Part shown: positions 1 through 9,740 of the stretch, piece by piece | Layout: each line of letters begins with the position of its first letter | Numbering within the stretch: the stretch's first letter is position 1 | Assembly: GCA_029560465.1 (NCBI GenBank) | Contig: JAKQKX010000063.1 | Coordinates: 67,796 to 131,795 of the forward strand | DNA from: Candidatus Omnitrophota bacterium | GTDB taxonomy: Bacteria; Omnitrophota; Gorgyraeia; Zapsychrales; JANLHA01 | Length of the DNA stretch: 64,000 nt | Direction: 5' to 3' | Position numbers and translations under genes: made by a program | Notes under the pieces: model-generated | The model's input: only the letters and a program-made list of their open reading frames with translations | Databases searched by the model: none | What the model was told of the DNA's origin: nothing

Positions 1-220
1 AAATGGAGGGGGTCATCCGGATGCGTTTGCGACAGTAACCTTTATAACTGCAAATTAAAAGCAGCGGGCGGATGCGTTTCCCGGGCCGGAGGATGAAGTC
101 CCGGATGCCATGAAAAAGGATGGGGTCAATCTGGTCGAGCCTATAATTTTGATAAGCCTTGCTTAAAAAGGTGTCTAAACTTTGGTCGATTTTTTTTCTC
201 ATTTGTGTTAACATGGGCAT
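1..220 (-). CDS. Polyprenyl diphosphate synthase (IspA/GGPPS family), 5' part only, runs off the window edge
   Basis: Manual translation of the minus strand from ATG at 220 (or 214) gives MPMLTQMRKKIDQSL...FILRPGKRIRPLLLICSY. GKRxRP is the conserved region I motif of trans-prenyltransferases. Not in the ORF track. Confidence 0.75.
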   Translation of the reverse strand, partial: MPMLTQMRKKIDQSLDTFLSKAYQNYRLDQIDPILFHGIRDFILRPGKRIRPLLLICSYKGYCRKRIRMTPSI

Positions 221-342
221 TATCCTAACATAGCTGGGGCACGGCTGCAACTTTTATGTCATTGGGGCCTGCTGTTGTCCTCAACCCGGCGTTGGTGTTT
301 TTAAATAACAGAAAAGGCATTTATTTTGAAAAGGAGTTTGTT

Positions 343-903
343 ATGAAGAATCGTTTTTGGGCGGGACTGCTGGTGCTGTTGTTATGTCCTGGTTCGCTTT
401 GGGCGGATGAGATTCTTTTAAAAAACGGGAATAAGATTGACGGAAAGATCCTGGAAGAGAGCAAGTATTCCATTAAGGTGCTGGTGGATAAAAAGATTCA
501 GACGTTTTACCTCTCGGAAATTGAGAAAATCACCCGGGACGAGGAAATCGCCAAAGAGAAAAAAGAGAAAAAAGAAGGGGATGCTAAGAAGAAAGAACTG
601 ATCCTGAATTTGCTGAAGGCCAATTTAGCCCGGGACAATATGCAGAAGATTTTCAATCAGATTATCGAACAGGCGCCGGAGGAAACCCAGTCGCGGCTGC
701 GTAAAATTTTGTTGCCGGATGAAATTATTGAAAGGCTTGTTCCGCTTTATTCTAAATACTATTCTTCCGAAGAACTACAGGATTTGATCAATTTTTATAC
801 CAGCCCAACCGGGAAAAAGCACCTTGAAAAGACCCCAGAGCTTCTGGAAGAAACGTTGGTGGAAGCCGTGAAATATTTTCAGGATAAAGTCGCGGAACAG
901 TAA
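343..903 (+). CDS. Exported DUF2059-domain protein with a small N-terminal beta-domain
   Basis: RBS AAGGAG before ATG 343, signal peptide (..GSLWA|D), and C-terminal YSKYYSSEELQDLINFYTSPTGKK typical of DUF2059. Confidence 0.7.
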   Translation: MKNRFWAGLLVLLLCPGSLWADEILLKNGNKIDGKILEESKYSIKVLVDKKIQTFYLSEIEKITRDEEIAKEKKEKKEGDAKKKELILNLLKANLARDNMQKIFNQIIEQAPEETQSRLRKILLPDEIIERLVPLYSKYYSSEELQDLINFYTSPTGKKHLEKTPELLEETLVEAVKYFQDKVAEQ

Positions 904-1008
904 CCCATCGGCCCCCTAAGCCCTATGTGAGGGGGGCTGATGTCCCGCTATGGGTTGCGTATATCACGTCCTGTTTCTTAAACAGCGGTAATTAATGCCG
1001 GAAAAATC

Positions 1009-1037
1009 TTGACCGCATTTTTTCTCTATGATATCAT
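1009..1037 (+). promoter_or_regulatory. Sigma70-type promoter for the GH94 gene
   Basis: TTGACC-N17-TATCAT with a TG extension at 1029-1030. Confidence 0.55.
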
Positions 1038-1099
1038 CCCACTTATTCTTGATTTAAAAAATAGGAAAATATTTTTACCTGGAAGAAAGGTTTACGCCC

Positions 1100-3517
1100 A
1101 TGAAGTACGGTTCTTTTTCAAAATCGGGGTTGGAATACGTGATTTCCACGCCGCTGACCCCCCGGCCCTGGATTAATTATCTTACGAATGAAAACTACTG
1201 CAGCATCATTTCCCATTGCGCGGGGGGATACAGTTTTTATAAAGACTGCCGCACAAACCGGATAACCCGTTGGGCGCCGGAAAACTGGCATTTTGACCGG
1301 CCTGGGAAATATATATTTATGAGGGATGGCGCAAAGGCGTGGTCCTTAACTTATCAGCCCCTGCGGGTTAAGCCCCAAAAATACGAATGCCGCCACGGAT
1401 TGGGTTATACAACAATTTCCGCGGTCAATAACGGCGTTCATTCGGAAGTGACCTATTTTGTCCCGGAACACGATTCCTGCGAGGTTTGGTTGGTCAAGAT
1501 TTCCAATCAGACCAAAAAGGAGAAGAAACTGGAAATTTATCCCTATGTAGAATTCCTGATCGGGGATTATCATGAGGAGATCCGGTACCGGAATATTATG
1601 AACCTGTACACGCGGGTCTGGTTTGATAAAGGACAGAAGGCTGTCTTTGCCCAAAAAACCGCGCAGTGGCAGGGGATGAATATCCAGCCGTTTGATTCGC
1701 TGATTTATTTTGCCTCGTCCCTGGCCGTGAAAGGATGCTGCACGCAAAAGGACGCTTTTCTCGGGCGGTATAATTCCGAGGAGAAGCCGGAAGCGGTTTT
1801 AGAAGGGCGTTTTAAGAATTTTCCTCTTTGTTCAGGGGAAGACGGCATTGGGTCTTTTAAGCATAGCGTGACTCTGAAGCCCGGGGAGACGAAAGAATTT
1901 TCAGTTATTTTGGGGCAGACGCCCGATGTCCCGGGTGTAGGGAAGCTGATTGCCAAGTACCGCGACCTGAAGCAGGCCAGAGCGGAATTTGAGAAGACCC
2001 GAGAGCTGTGGCGCAGGCGCGTCACGGAGAATATTGTTTTGGAGACCCCGGACAAGGATTTTAATACTTTATTTAATGTGTGGGTCAAGTATCAGTTATA
2101 TATTTGTAACCTGTGGTCGCGGTCTCCGAGTTTTTATCATGAAGGGTCCGGCGGCCGGGGGTACCGGGATTCGGCCCAGGATTCCGAAGCCGTTGTGTCC
2201 ATTAACGCGTCTTTAACCCGTCAAAAGATTTTGAAACTGGCCTCCTTGATCCGTCGTGATGGCACGTCTGCCCCAGGATGGTCGGAAACAGCGGGGCCGC
2301 ACAAATTCCTCCCGAATAAAGATCATCCCGTTTGGCTGACGACGACTGTCACGGCCTATATTAAGGAAACGGGCGACAAGGATATCTTGTGTGAATATGT
2401 CCCGTATTTGAAGGATAAATGGATCAACGGATGGGAGGTTGATCCGAATTATCACGGCGGCGCGCAGACGGACGGGGAAGGGACATTGCTGGAGCATTTG
2501 GAAAAGAACTTAAGTTTTTGTTTTAATGATGTCGGAGAGAAGGGCTTTCCACGGATCGGGCACGCCGACTGGAATGACGCGATTGACGCGGCGGGCATCA
2601 AGCACAGGGGGGAAAGCGTCTGGCTGGCGCAGGCCTTAGTCCGTTCTTTGAAAATGCTGGCCGAGCTCTGTCAGCTCGTGAATGAGGAACAGAAAAAATC
2701 CGAATACCTGCAGATGGCCAAAACCATGACGGAACGCATTAATAACGCCGGCTGGGACGGGGAATGGTATTCCCGCGGGTTTGATGACCAGGGGCAGGTT
2801 TACGGCAGCAAACAGGATAAAGAGGGCAAGATATTTTTAAACACGCAGGCCTGGGCGGTTCTTTCCGGAGTGGCCGAAGGCGAACGGTTGAAAAAGATTT
2901 TACAGTCCACGGATAAGCATTTGAACGGCCCGCACGGATTGGCGCTGTTCGCCCCGGCGTTTTCAGGCTGGGTTAAAAGGCTGGGCCGGATCAGCATGTT
3001 TTCAGAAGGAACGAAAGAAAATGCGGCGGTGTTCTGCCACGCGGCCACGTTCATGGCGGTGGGTTACGCCATGGCCGGGTACGGCGCGAAAGCTTACGAA
3101 GCGGTCTGCAAAATTATGCCTAATAAACAGAAAAATATGGACCTTTATAAAACTGAACCCTATGTGTTCGCGGAATATTTGGTCGGGCCGGATAATCCTT
3201 ACCGGTATGGGGAAGGTGCTTTTACCTGGATCACGGGAACATCGGGTTGGAATTTTATGCTGGCGACAGAGTGGATCTGCGGGGTCCGCCGGGATTTCCA
3301 GGGGCTCAAAATCGATCCATGCCTGCCTCCGCAGTGGAAGAAATGTTGTGTGCGCCGGCCTTTTAGGGGGGATATTTACGAGATTGAAATCCTCAACCCG
3401 AAAGGGAAAGAAAAGGGCGAGAAGACGATAACGGTAGACGGACAACGGATAGATGGGGACGTTATAGTTCCTTTTAAAGACGGCCAGGTCCACCGCGTTA
3501 AGGTGGTTCTGGGATAA
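1100..3517 (+). CDS. GH94 glycoside phosphorylase (cellobiose/laminaribiose/chitobiose phosphorylase family), substrate uncertain
   Basis: 805 aa with TPRPWINYL, CRHGLGYT, RGYRDSAQD, ADWND (catalytic Asp), KENAAVFCH, EPYV and WITGTSGW motifs. Confidence 0.9.
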   Translation: MKYGSFSKSGLEYVISTPLTPRPWINYLTNENYCSIISHCAGGYSFYKDCRTNRITRWAPENWHFDRPGKYIFMRDGAKAWSLTYQPLRVKPQKYECRHGLGYTTISAVNNGVHSEVTYFVPEHDSCEVWLVKISNQTKKEKKLEIYPYVEFLIGDYHEEIRYRNIMNLYTRVWFDKGQKAVFAQKTAQWQGMNIQPFDSLIYFASSLAVKGCCTQKDAFLGRYNSEEKPEAVLEGRFKNFPLCSGEDGIGSFKHSVTLKPGETKEFSVILGQTPDVPGVGKLIAKYRDLKQARAEFEKTRELWRRRVTENIVLETPDKDFNTLFNVWVKYQLYICNLWSRSPSFYHEGSGGRGYRDSAQDSEAVVSINASLTRQKILKLASLIRRDGTSAPGWSETAGPHKFLPNKDHPVWLTTTVTAYIKETGDKDILCEYVPYLKDKWINGWEVDPNYHGGAQTDGEGTLLEHLEKNLSFCFNDVGEKGFPRIGHADWNDAIDAAGIKHRGESVWLAQALVRSLKMLAELCQLVNEEQKKSEYLQMAKTMTERINNAGWDGEWYSRGFDDQGQVYGSKQDKEGKIFLNTQAWAVLSGVAEGERLKKILQSTDKHLNGPHGLALFAPAFSGWVKRLGRISMFSEGTKENAAVFCHAATFMAVGYAMAGYGAKAYEAVCKIMPNKQKNMDLYKTEPYVFAEYLVGPDNPYRYGEGAFTWITGTSGWNFMLATEWICGVRRDFQGLKIDPCLPPQWKKCCVRRPFRGDIYEIEILNPKGKEKGEKTITVDGQRIDGDVIVPFKDGQVHRVKVVLG

Positions 3518-3542
3518 GAGCGGGTGGGGCTTGTGTGATATT

Positions 3543-3585
3543 AGAGAAACGCTTTTTTGACAAAGTAAAACATGCGTGATAGAAT
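3543..3585 (+). promoter_or_regulatory. Sigma70 promoter of the ABC/glucanase operon, with a possible LacI-type operator abutting the -35 box
   Basis: TTGACA (3557-3562)-N17-TAGAAT (3580-3585) with extended TG. GAAACGCTTT at 3546-3555 resembles the LacI-family AAnCGnTT half-palindrome. Confidence 0.6.
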
Positions 3586-3720
3586 ACGCCGTTATCTATT
3601 CTTATATTAAAGACATAATGTTTAATTTAATCATCCCAATGATTTAAAGCTCATCCCCGAAGTCGTCGTTTTCAATATGAATTTGTTCTACTCATTGGGG
3701 CCTCATTTAAAGGAGCGGGT

Positions 3721-5031
3721 ATGAAAGGGAAATTGCTGTTGGTGATCGGGTTTTGTGCCTTGGCGACCATTATCTGGAGTTGTCAAAGTTGCGGGCCGGC
3801 TGTGCCTCCCAATAAAAATATGATTACGGTATGGCATTGGATGACCGATCGGCATGACGCTTTCAATGAATTGGCCAAGCGCTATCAGGCCGAAACGGGC
3901 GTGGAAGTGGTTTTTGAATTATACGCCCCGTCTGACGTTTATTCCCAAAAAATTATAGCCGCTGCCCAGGCGCATATCTTGCCGGATATTTTTGGCATCC
4001 TGGATAAAAAGGCCGTGTTCGCAACGTTTATTGAAAGCGGATTCATCGCCAATTTGACGGAGGAATTTCAGAAAGATGAGGCGGCATGGGAAAAAAGCCT
4101 TTTCCCAAAAGCCCTTTCCGCCAACCGTTTTGAAGAAGGCAATGTTTATAATATTAAACCGGGTATTTACGGGGTTCCGATTGATGTGACCAATATCCAG
4201 ATGCTTTATAACAAGAAGCTGCTGGAGAAAGCCGGGGTCGTGCGTGCTCCCCAGACGTTTGACGAGTTCCTGGCCGCGACCGAAGCCCTGAATCGGGTCG
4301 GCGTTTCCGGGCTGGTTTCCGGTTGGGGCGAGCTTTGGATGGCGGATTGCTTCGCGTCTAATTACGCGTTTAATATTATGGGAGAAGACAAGGTCATGAA
4401 CACGTTCCGCGGGAAAGTGCCGTACACTGACCCGGAATGGATTGAAGTGTTCCGGATTTTTGATATTTTACGGCAAAAAGGCGCTTTGGTGGAAGGGATT
4501 GTGACTAAAGCCAATAAGTACGCGGAACAGGACTTTGCCTTGGGCCGGGCCGCTTTCGCGTTTAACGGGTCCTGGTGCGTGAATGTGTACCATGAGATGA
4601 ACCCGGATTTGGAGTATGGGATTATCCTTCCTCCTAAATATAACACGAGTCTTCCCATGCGGATTTGGGGAGGCGCAGGATCATCGTTTGTTGTCAATAG
4701 CGCTTCTGAAAAACAGGATAAAGCCGTCGCTTTCCTGAAATGGCTTTCCGCAAAAGAACAACAGGCGTATTTGTCTCAGGAAACTTTGAACCTGCCGGCT
4801 AACCGGTATGCGCTGACCGATATCCCGGCTGTGCTTTCGGAATTCGCCCGGGCCATGGACGCGACCACCCATCCGACGATTTGGCCGTTGAATGAGGAAC
4901 CCTTGGTGATCGAGGCGTTTGACAAGGGGATTCAATCGATTATCATAGGAGAGAAAACTCCCGAACAAGTTGCCCAGGACGTGCAGAACGTGAAAGAGCG
5001 TGAGATGGCGAAAAAACAAAAACGGAAATAA
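3721..5031 (+). CDS. Sugar ABC transporter substrate-binding lipoprotein (CUT1)
   Basis: Lipobox-like IWSC, ITVWHW, YGVP..MLYNKKLLEKAGV, GRAAFAFNGSW; followed by two permeases. Confidence 0.9.
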   Translation: MKGKLLLVIGFCALATIIWSCQSCGPAVPPNKNMITVWHWMTDRHDAFNELAKRYQAETGVEVVFELYAPSDVYSQKIIAAAQAHILPDIFGILDKKAVFATFIESGFIANLTEEFQKDEAAWEKSLFPKALSANRFEEGNVYNIKPGIYGVPIDVTNIQMLYNKKLLEKAGVVRAPQTFDEFLAATEALNRVGVSGLVSGWGELWMADCFASNYAFNIMGEDKVMNTFRGKVPYTDPEWIEVFRIFDILRQKGALVEGIVTKANKYAEQDFALGRAAFAFNGSWCVNVYHEMNPDLEYGIILPPKYNTSLPMRIWGGAGSSFVVNSASEKQDKAVAFLKWLSAKEQQAYLSQETLNLPANRYALTDIPAVLSEFARAMDATTHPTIWPLNEEPLVIEAFDKGIQSIIIGEKTPEQVAQDVQNVKEREMAKKQKRK

Positions 5032-5053
5032 CTTTTAAACGAAATTAATCATA

Positions 5054-5983
5054 ATGTCTTTGGCTCTCAAAAGCAAATTTTCACTTCCAAACCTTCGAGA
5101 TCACCTGGAGAGTTTCGCGTTTGTCCTGCCCGCCGTCCTTATTTTTTGTATATTTTATATCGTCCCATTTTACGAAATATTTAAACTGTCCCTGCAGGAA
5201 TGGGATGGCATCAGTTTATCCAGAAGTTATATTGGATTTGAGAATTTTAAAGAATTGTTGGTTGACCAGGGCTGGTGGAGGTCGATGTGGAATGCCGCCT
5301 ATATTACCCTGGTGGCCCTGACCTTTCAGAATGCGCTGGCCTTTGCTCTGGCCCTGGCCTGTGACCAGGAAATTTTTATGAAAGGGGTGTACCGGGTTAT
5401 TTTCTTTATCCCTCCGGTGCTTTCCGAAGTCGTGGTCGGGCTTATCTGGTCCTGGATTCTTTATTCCGGCATGCAGGACGGCCAGCATATCGGGTTGTTG
5501 AATACTGCTTTGGAAAAAATCGGTTTTTCGAACCTGATCACCAATTGGCTGTCCAATCCCAAGACGGTGTTGACCTGCATCGCCGTGGTCCATTCCTGGA
5601 AAGGGTTTGGGTGGGGCTTCATCATGTTTTTAGCCGGGTTGCAGACGATTGACCGCCAGCTATATGAGGCGGCGCGGGTGGATGGCGCCGGGTCGCTCAG
5701 TGTTTTTAAAAATGTGACGGTTCCCATGATGCTGCCGGTGATCGTGGTTGTGATGATTTTAACGATCCTGGGGGCGATGCAGGCTTTTGTCCTTATCCTG
5801 ACGTTGGCGGGCAGTTCGGGGCTGGGGGATTATACCGCCGTCCCGGTGACCAAGATCTTGGCGGCCATGACCGGGCAGAACCGCTACGGTTATGCCTGCG
5901 CCATGGGGGTTAATTTCGGGATGATTTTAATAGCCGTGTCTTTTGTCCTCAAGAAAATGTCCGAACAGATGAAACAGGCTTAA
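5054..5983 (+). CDS. Sugar ABC transporter permease (MalF/UgpA-like)
   Basis: Hydrophobic helices and EAA loop LYEAARVDGA. Confidence 0.92.
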   Translation: MSLALKSKFSLPNLRDHLESFAFVLPAVLIFCIFYIVPFYEIFKLSLQEWDGISLSRSYIGFENFKELLVDQGWWRSMWNAAYITLVALTFQNALAFALALACDQEIFMKGVYRVIFFIPPVLSEVVVGLIWSWILYSGMQDGQHIGLLNTALEKIGFSNLITNWLSNPKTVLTCIAVVHSWKGFGWGFIMFLAGLQTIDRQLYEAARVDGAGSLSVFKNVTVPMMLPVIVVVMILTILGAMQAFVLILTLAGSSGLGDYTAVPVTKILAAMTGQNRYGYACAMGVNFGMILIAVSFVLKKMSEQMKQA

Positions 5984-5997
5984 AAAGAGGAATACAT

Positions 5998-6870
5998 ATG
6001 ATCAGCAAATACAGGGTGATCCGGGCTGTTAAGGCGACATTGATCCATATTTTTCTTTTGACCGTGACCATAACGTGCTTGTTCCCGTTGTTTTGGATGG
6101 CCCGTTCGGCGCTGATGAGCAACAAAACGATTTTTACGGATAAATCCCTGATTCCGGCGGAGATTCATTTTGATAATTTCGTGAAGGCTTGGACGCAAGG
6201 ACAGTTCGGCATGTATTCGCTCAATAGCCTCATTTACACCTTTTCCGTTGTGATTGGGATCGTGGTGATTTCGTCTCTGGCGGCTTATGCTTTTTCCCGG
6301 CTGGAGTTCCCGGGCAAGAATTTCTTCTTTTACATGTTTGTCATGGCCATGATGATCCCGCTCCCCGGGAGTTTTGTCCCGTTAACGGTGTTGATGACGA
6401 AGTTGGGGTTCATCAATTCGTCGTACCCGTTTGTCCGGCAGCTGGGGTATGTGCTGTGTATGATCAACGTGGGCTTATCGCTCAGTATTCTGCTTTTAAA
6501 AACTTTTTTTGACAAGATGCCTCCGGACCTGGAAGACGCCGCCCGTATTGACGGTTGCTCGAAGCTGGGGATATGGAGGCATGTGGCTTTACCCTTGGCC
6601 CGGCCGGCCATTGCCGTTATCGTGATTTTTAACGCATTGAATGTTTGGAATGAGTATATCCTGGCGATGTTGTTGTTAAACGACATCCCGAATCATCCTA
6701 CCATCATGCCGATCCAAAGGGGCCTCATGGTTTTTCAGGGAACATACCTCGCGGACTATCCTCTTTTGATGGCTGGGTTGACCATCGCTGCCGTTCCAAT
6801 TATTTTGGTGTATCTTCTGATGCAAAAGCACATTATTAAAGGTTTGTCATCCGGCGCTGTCGTTGGATAA
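5998..6870 (+). CDS. Sugar ABC transporter permease (MalG/UgpE-like)
   Basis: AAYAFSRLEFPGK and LEDAARIDGC EAA loop. Confidence 0.92.
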   Translation: MISKYRVIRAVKATLIHIFLLTVTITCLFPLFWMARSALMSNKTIFTDKSLIPAEIHFDNFVKAWTQGQFGMYSLNSLIYTFSVVIGIVVISSLAAYAFSRLEFPGKNFFFYMFVMAMMIPLPGSFVPLTVLMTKLGFINSSYPFVRQLGYVLCMINVGLSLSILLLKTFFDKMPPDLEDAARIDGCSKLGIWRHVALPLARPAIAVIVIFNALNVWNEYILAMLLLNDIPNHPTIMPIQRGLMVFQGTYLADYPLLMAGLTIAAVPIILVYLLMQKHIIKGLSSGAVVG

Positions 6871-6893
6871 TCAGAACTGGGAGGGTTTTTATT

Positions 6894-9506
6894 GTGAGAA
6901 AAAACAAACAAGGGGAAAAAACTGTATTAGGATTTTTATTCCTGGCCGGATTTCTTTCGCTGGGGTTGGTGACGTCGGGCTGGACGCAGGGTGCGGATGG
7001 CGAAAGCCTTGTTGTTGATAGGGCGGTTGAGGCGAAGCAGGCTACTGAAGCGGAGGGTTCTCTCGCGCCGAGCCCGGAAGAAGAGCTTTTGGCGGAACCC
7101 GAGGGCGTTGCTGTTGCGGAGGATCCCTCAGAGGAAACGGAAGCTCCGGAAGCGGGTGAGGGAAAGACGGAAGAGGAGAGTCCGGCCGAGGGTGCTGCCG
7201 TGGATGAGGTTTCTAAAGAAGAAATGAATATTACTTTGCCGGTGGGAGGGGAGGCTGTCCCTTACACGGACATCGAGCTTGAGGCGGGGGCGACCAAGGA
7301 TGATTTTGTCCGGAAATCCTGGGAACTGTCCAGCCAGAGGAAATTAGAGCAGCTGGATAAGCTGGTGGCGGTGGCGTTGGCACTTTTTGATGGGGAGGCC
7401 CGCAAAGAACAAGCGTCTTTGTCTGGATTCCCAGGGCGGGGTAAGGAAAAGGATTATGCTTATTTAAACACGGTGGCGACCATCCTGTTTGTGCAGGCGG
7501 AAGCGATGATGAATTATGGCCGTACGGAAGAGTCGATCGCGACATTCCAGAAAATTATTGATGAATATCCCTGGGCGCAAGCTTGGGATCCTTCTCGGGG
7601 GTCATACTGGTCTGTGGCGGAAAAGAGCCAGGCGAGCATTGATGTCATGACCGGGAAAGTCGAAGAAGAGCCGGACGAGCCGCCGACACGGTTGCGGACG
7701 CTGCCTTCCCTGGCCTTTCCCGGAACGGTCCAAGTGGTCGATTATCATAAATACGGGGAGTTTCTCGATGTGGGAACAGACCGGTATCATTATAAGATTA
7801 ATGACCTTAAAGGGTTGAAAGAGGCTGTGGGGGAAGGGGTTTATCCCAATACCGCGGATGTGTTTAAGGATCCGAAATATAAGCAGGCAAAAAAAGAAGG
7901 CCGCCTTGAAGGCAGCCACTGGGATTTTGTGCACAGCGATGACCTGGAAGCCGCTTTTTATAAATGGGCGACGGCCCCGGAACCCGGCGGCGTCAAGCTT
8001 TTTTACCTGGGTATGATTTTTGAAAAAGCGCAAATGTATTATGAGGCCATTAAAACTTACCAGGCCATTATCGTTCATTTTCCAAAGACGGTCGGGTGGA
8101 CGTATTGGCAGACGCCTTGGTATCCGGCTCAAGCCGCGGTTTCCAAGATTATTTATTTGGTGCGTTCCCACCCGGAATTAAATTTAAAAGTGAAATGGAT
8201 GAAAATAGAAGTTAAGAACGGTTTTGATAATGATGTCAGCAACGATGTTGTGGTTACGTATCCTGGTGTCATTCAGGAAAGAGGGTGGATGGATAAAGTT
8301 AAGGAAGGGCTGAACCTGGATAAAAAGAAGGTGCCTTTACGCAATGTCACGCGGCGTTTGGGGGAAGGCAAGGTTTCTCTGGTGCAGTATGATAACGGCC
8401 ACTGGCAGCTCCTGGTGGAAGGCAAGCCGTATGTTATTAAAGGAGTCACGTATGCTCCGACCAAAATCGGTCAGAGCCCGGATAAGGGGACCTTGGTGTC
8501 TTGGATGTATGAAGATACCAACAAGAACGGCAAGGCGGATGGACCGTTTGATGCCTGGGTGGACGCCAACGGTAATAATCAGCAGGACCCGGATGAATTG
8601 GTCGTCGGGGACTTTCAGTTGATCCAGGAGATGGGCGGCAATACCCTCCGGGAATACCACCAGCCGTTTAAACCGAACAAGGACGTTCTGAGGAAGCTTT
8701 ATGAGGAATATGGGATCCGGGTGATCCTGGGGGATTTCCTTGGGAAATACACTCTGGGGTCTGGGGCGTCCTGGTTTGAAGGGACCGATTATGAAAATCC
8801 GGAACATCAGAAGAATATGATGGAATCCGTCCGTCAAATGGTTATGGAACATAAGGATGAGCCTTATCTTTTGTTTTGGCTTTTAGGGAACGAGAACAAT
8901 TACGGAGTCGCCTCTAACGCAGATAAGAAGCCGGAGGCGTATTATAAATTCGCCAATGAGGTGGCTAAAATGATCAAAAGCATTGACCCTAACCATCCGG
9001 TGGCGTTATGTAACGGCGACACCCTGTATCTGGATATTTTCGCGAAGAACGCTCCGGATATTGATATGTTTGCGGCCAATGTTTATCGCGGTGATTATGG
9101 TTTCGGCGCTTTCTGGCAGCAGATTCAGGAGTCGACCGGGAAAGCGGCTTTTATTACCGAGTATGGCTGCCCGGCCTACGCCAAGCATCTCACGAAAGCG
9201 GAGGGGGAAGAAGCGCAGATGAACTATCACCGCGGCAACTGGCATGATATTGAAGCGAATATGGCGGGCCACCCGGAGGGCGCGGGGAACGCCATTGGGG
9301 GGGTTGTCTTTGAGTGGACGGATGAATGGTGGAAGAATTATGAGCCGTTTTATCATGACCGCCGGTCTGATGCGATCGGGCCTTTCCCCGGCGGATACTA
9401 TTATGAAGAATGGTTTGGTATTACAAGCCAGGGCAATGGAACGCACAGCCCCTTTATGCGCCAGTTGAGGAAAAGTTATAAATTTTATAAGGAAGCCTGG
9501 AATTAA
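6894..9506 (+). CDS. Secreted multidomain clan GH-A glycoside hydrolase (GH158/GH2-TIM-like, probable beta-1,3-glucanase) with an acidic linker and Trp-rich TPR-like modules
   Basis: Signal peptide and Glu/Ala/Pro-rich linker. The C-terminal TIM barrel has GNENNYG (acid/base), HPVALCNGD, NVYRG, ITEYG (nucleophile), GGVVFEWTDEWWK and EEWFGI. Confidence 0.75.
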   Translation: MRKNKQGEKTVLGFLFLAGFLSLGLVTSGWTQGADGESLVVDRAVEAKQATEAEGSLAPSPEEELLAEPEGVAVAEDPSEETEAPEAGEGKTEEESPAEGAAVDEVSKEEMNITLPVGGEAVPYTDIELEAGATKDDFVRKSWELSSQRKLEQLDKLVAVALALFDGEARKEQASLSGFPGRGKEKDYAYLNTVATILFVQAEAMMNYGRTEESIATFQKIIDEYPWAQAWDPSRGSYWSVAEKSQASIDVMTGKVEEEPDEPPTRLRTLPSLAFPGTVQVVDYHKYGEFLDVGTDRYHYKINDLKGLKEAVGEGVYPNTADVFKDPKYKQAKKEGRLEGSHWDFVHSDDLEAAFYKWATAPEPGGVKLFYLGMIFEKAQMYYEAIKTYQAIIVHFPKTVGWTYWQTPWYPAQAAVSKIIYLVRSHPELNLKVKWMKIEVKNGFDNDVSNDVVVTYPGVIQERGWMDKVKEGLNLDKKKVPLRNVTRRLGEGKVSLVQYDNGHWQLLVEGKPYVIKGVTYAPTKIGQSPDKGTLVSWMYEDTNKNGKADGPFDAWVDANGNNQQDPDELVVGDFQLIQEMGGNTLREYHQPFKPNKDVLRKLYEEYGIRVILGDFLGKYTLGSGASWFEGTDYENPEHQKNMMESVRQMVMEHKDEPYLLFWLLGNENNYGVASNADKKPEAYYKFANEVAKMIKSIDPNHPVALCNGDTLYLDIFAKNAPDIDMFAANVYRGDYGFGAFWQQIQESTGKAAFITEYGCPAYAKHLTKAEGEEAQMNYHRGNWHDIEANMAGHPEGAGNAIGGVVFEWTDEWWKNYEPFYHDRRSDAIGPFPGGYYYEEWFGITSQGNGTHSPFMRQLRKSYKFYKEAWN

Positions 9507-9740
9507 GGAGATACGGTTGTCCTCAATATAAAATTTGCTAAATAACAGGTAAAAATGCTATAATTACTCCATTGTTTTTAGTTTTATAATCTTAATAGGA
9601 GAGGGGGTGTGGAGAACGGATCTAGTTTTTATCACTACTATCTGACCGCAAGGTTAGATTTCCCCGGCAAGAGGCTGGGAACTGATATAAATAATTTATT
9701 TGAAGGAAATTGGGTTTAACAAATTGGAGGTAACTTAGAG

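Noticed and set aside
905-990. Short words shared between intergenic regions (GGGGGCTGATG also at about 31923; TTTCTTAAACAG also at about 10635)
   Set aside because: Only 11-12 bp with two copies each, in terminator-like contexts. Too little to call a REP or MITE family.
3721-6870. ABC importer without an ATPase gene
   Set aside because: This is common for CUT1 systems, which share a MalK/MsiK-type ATPase encoded elsewhere.
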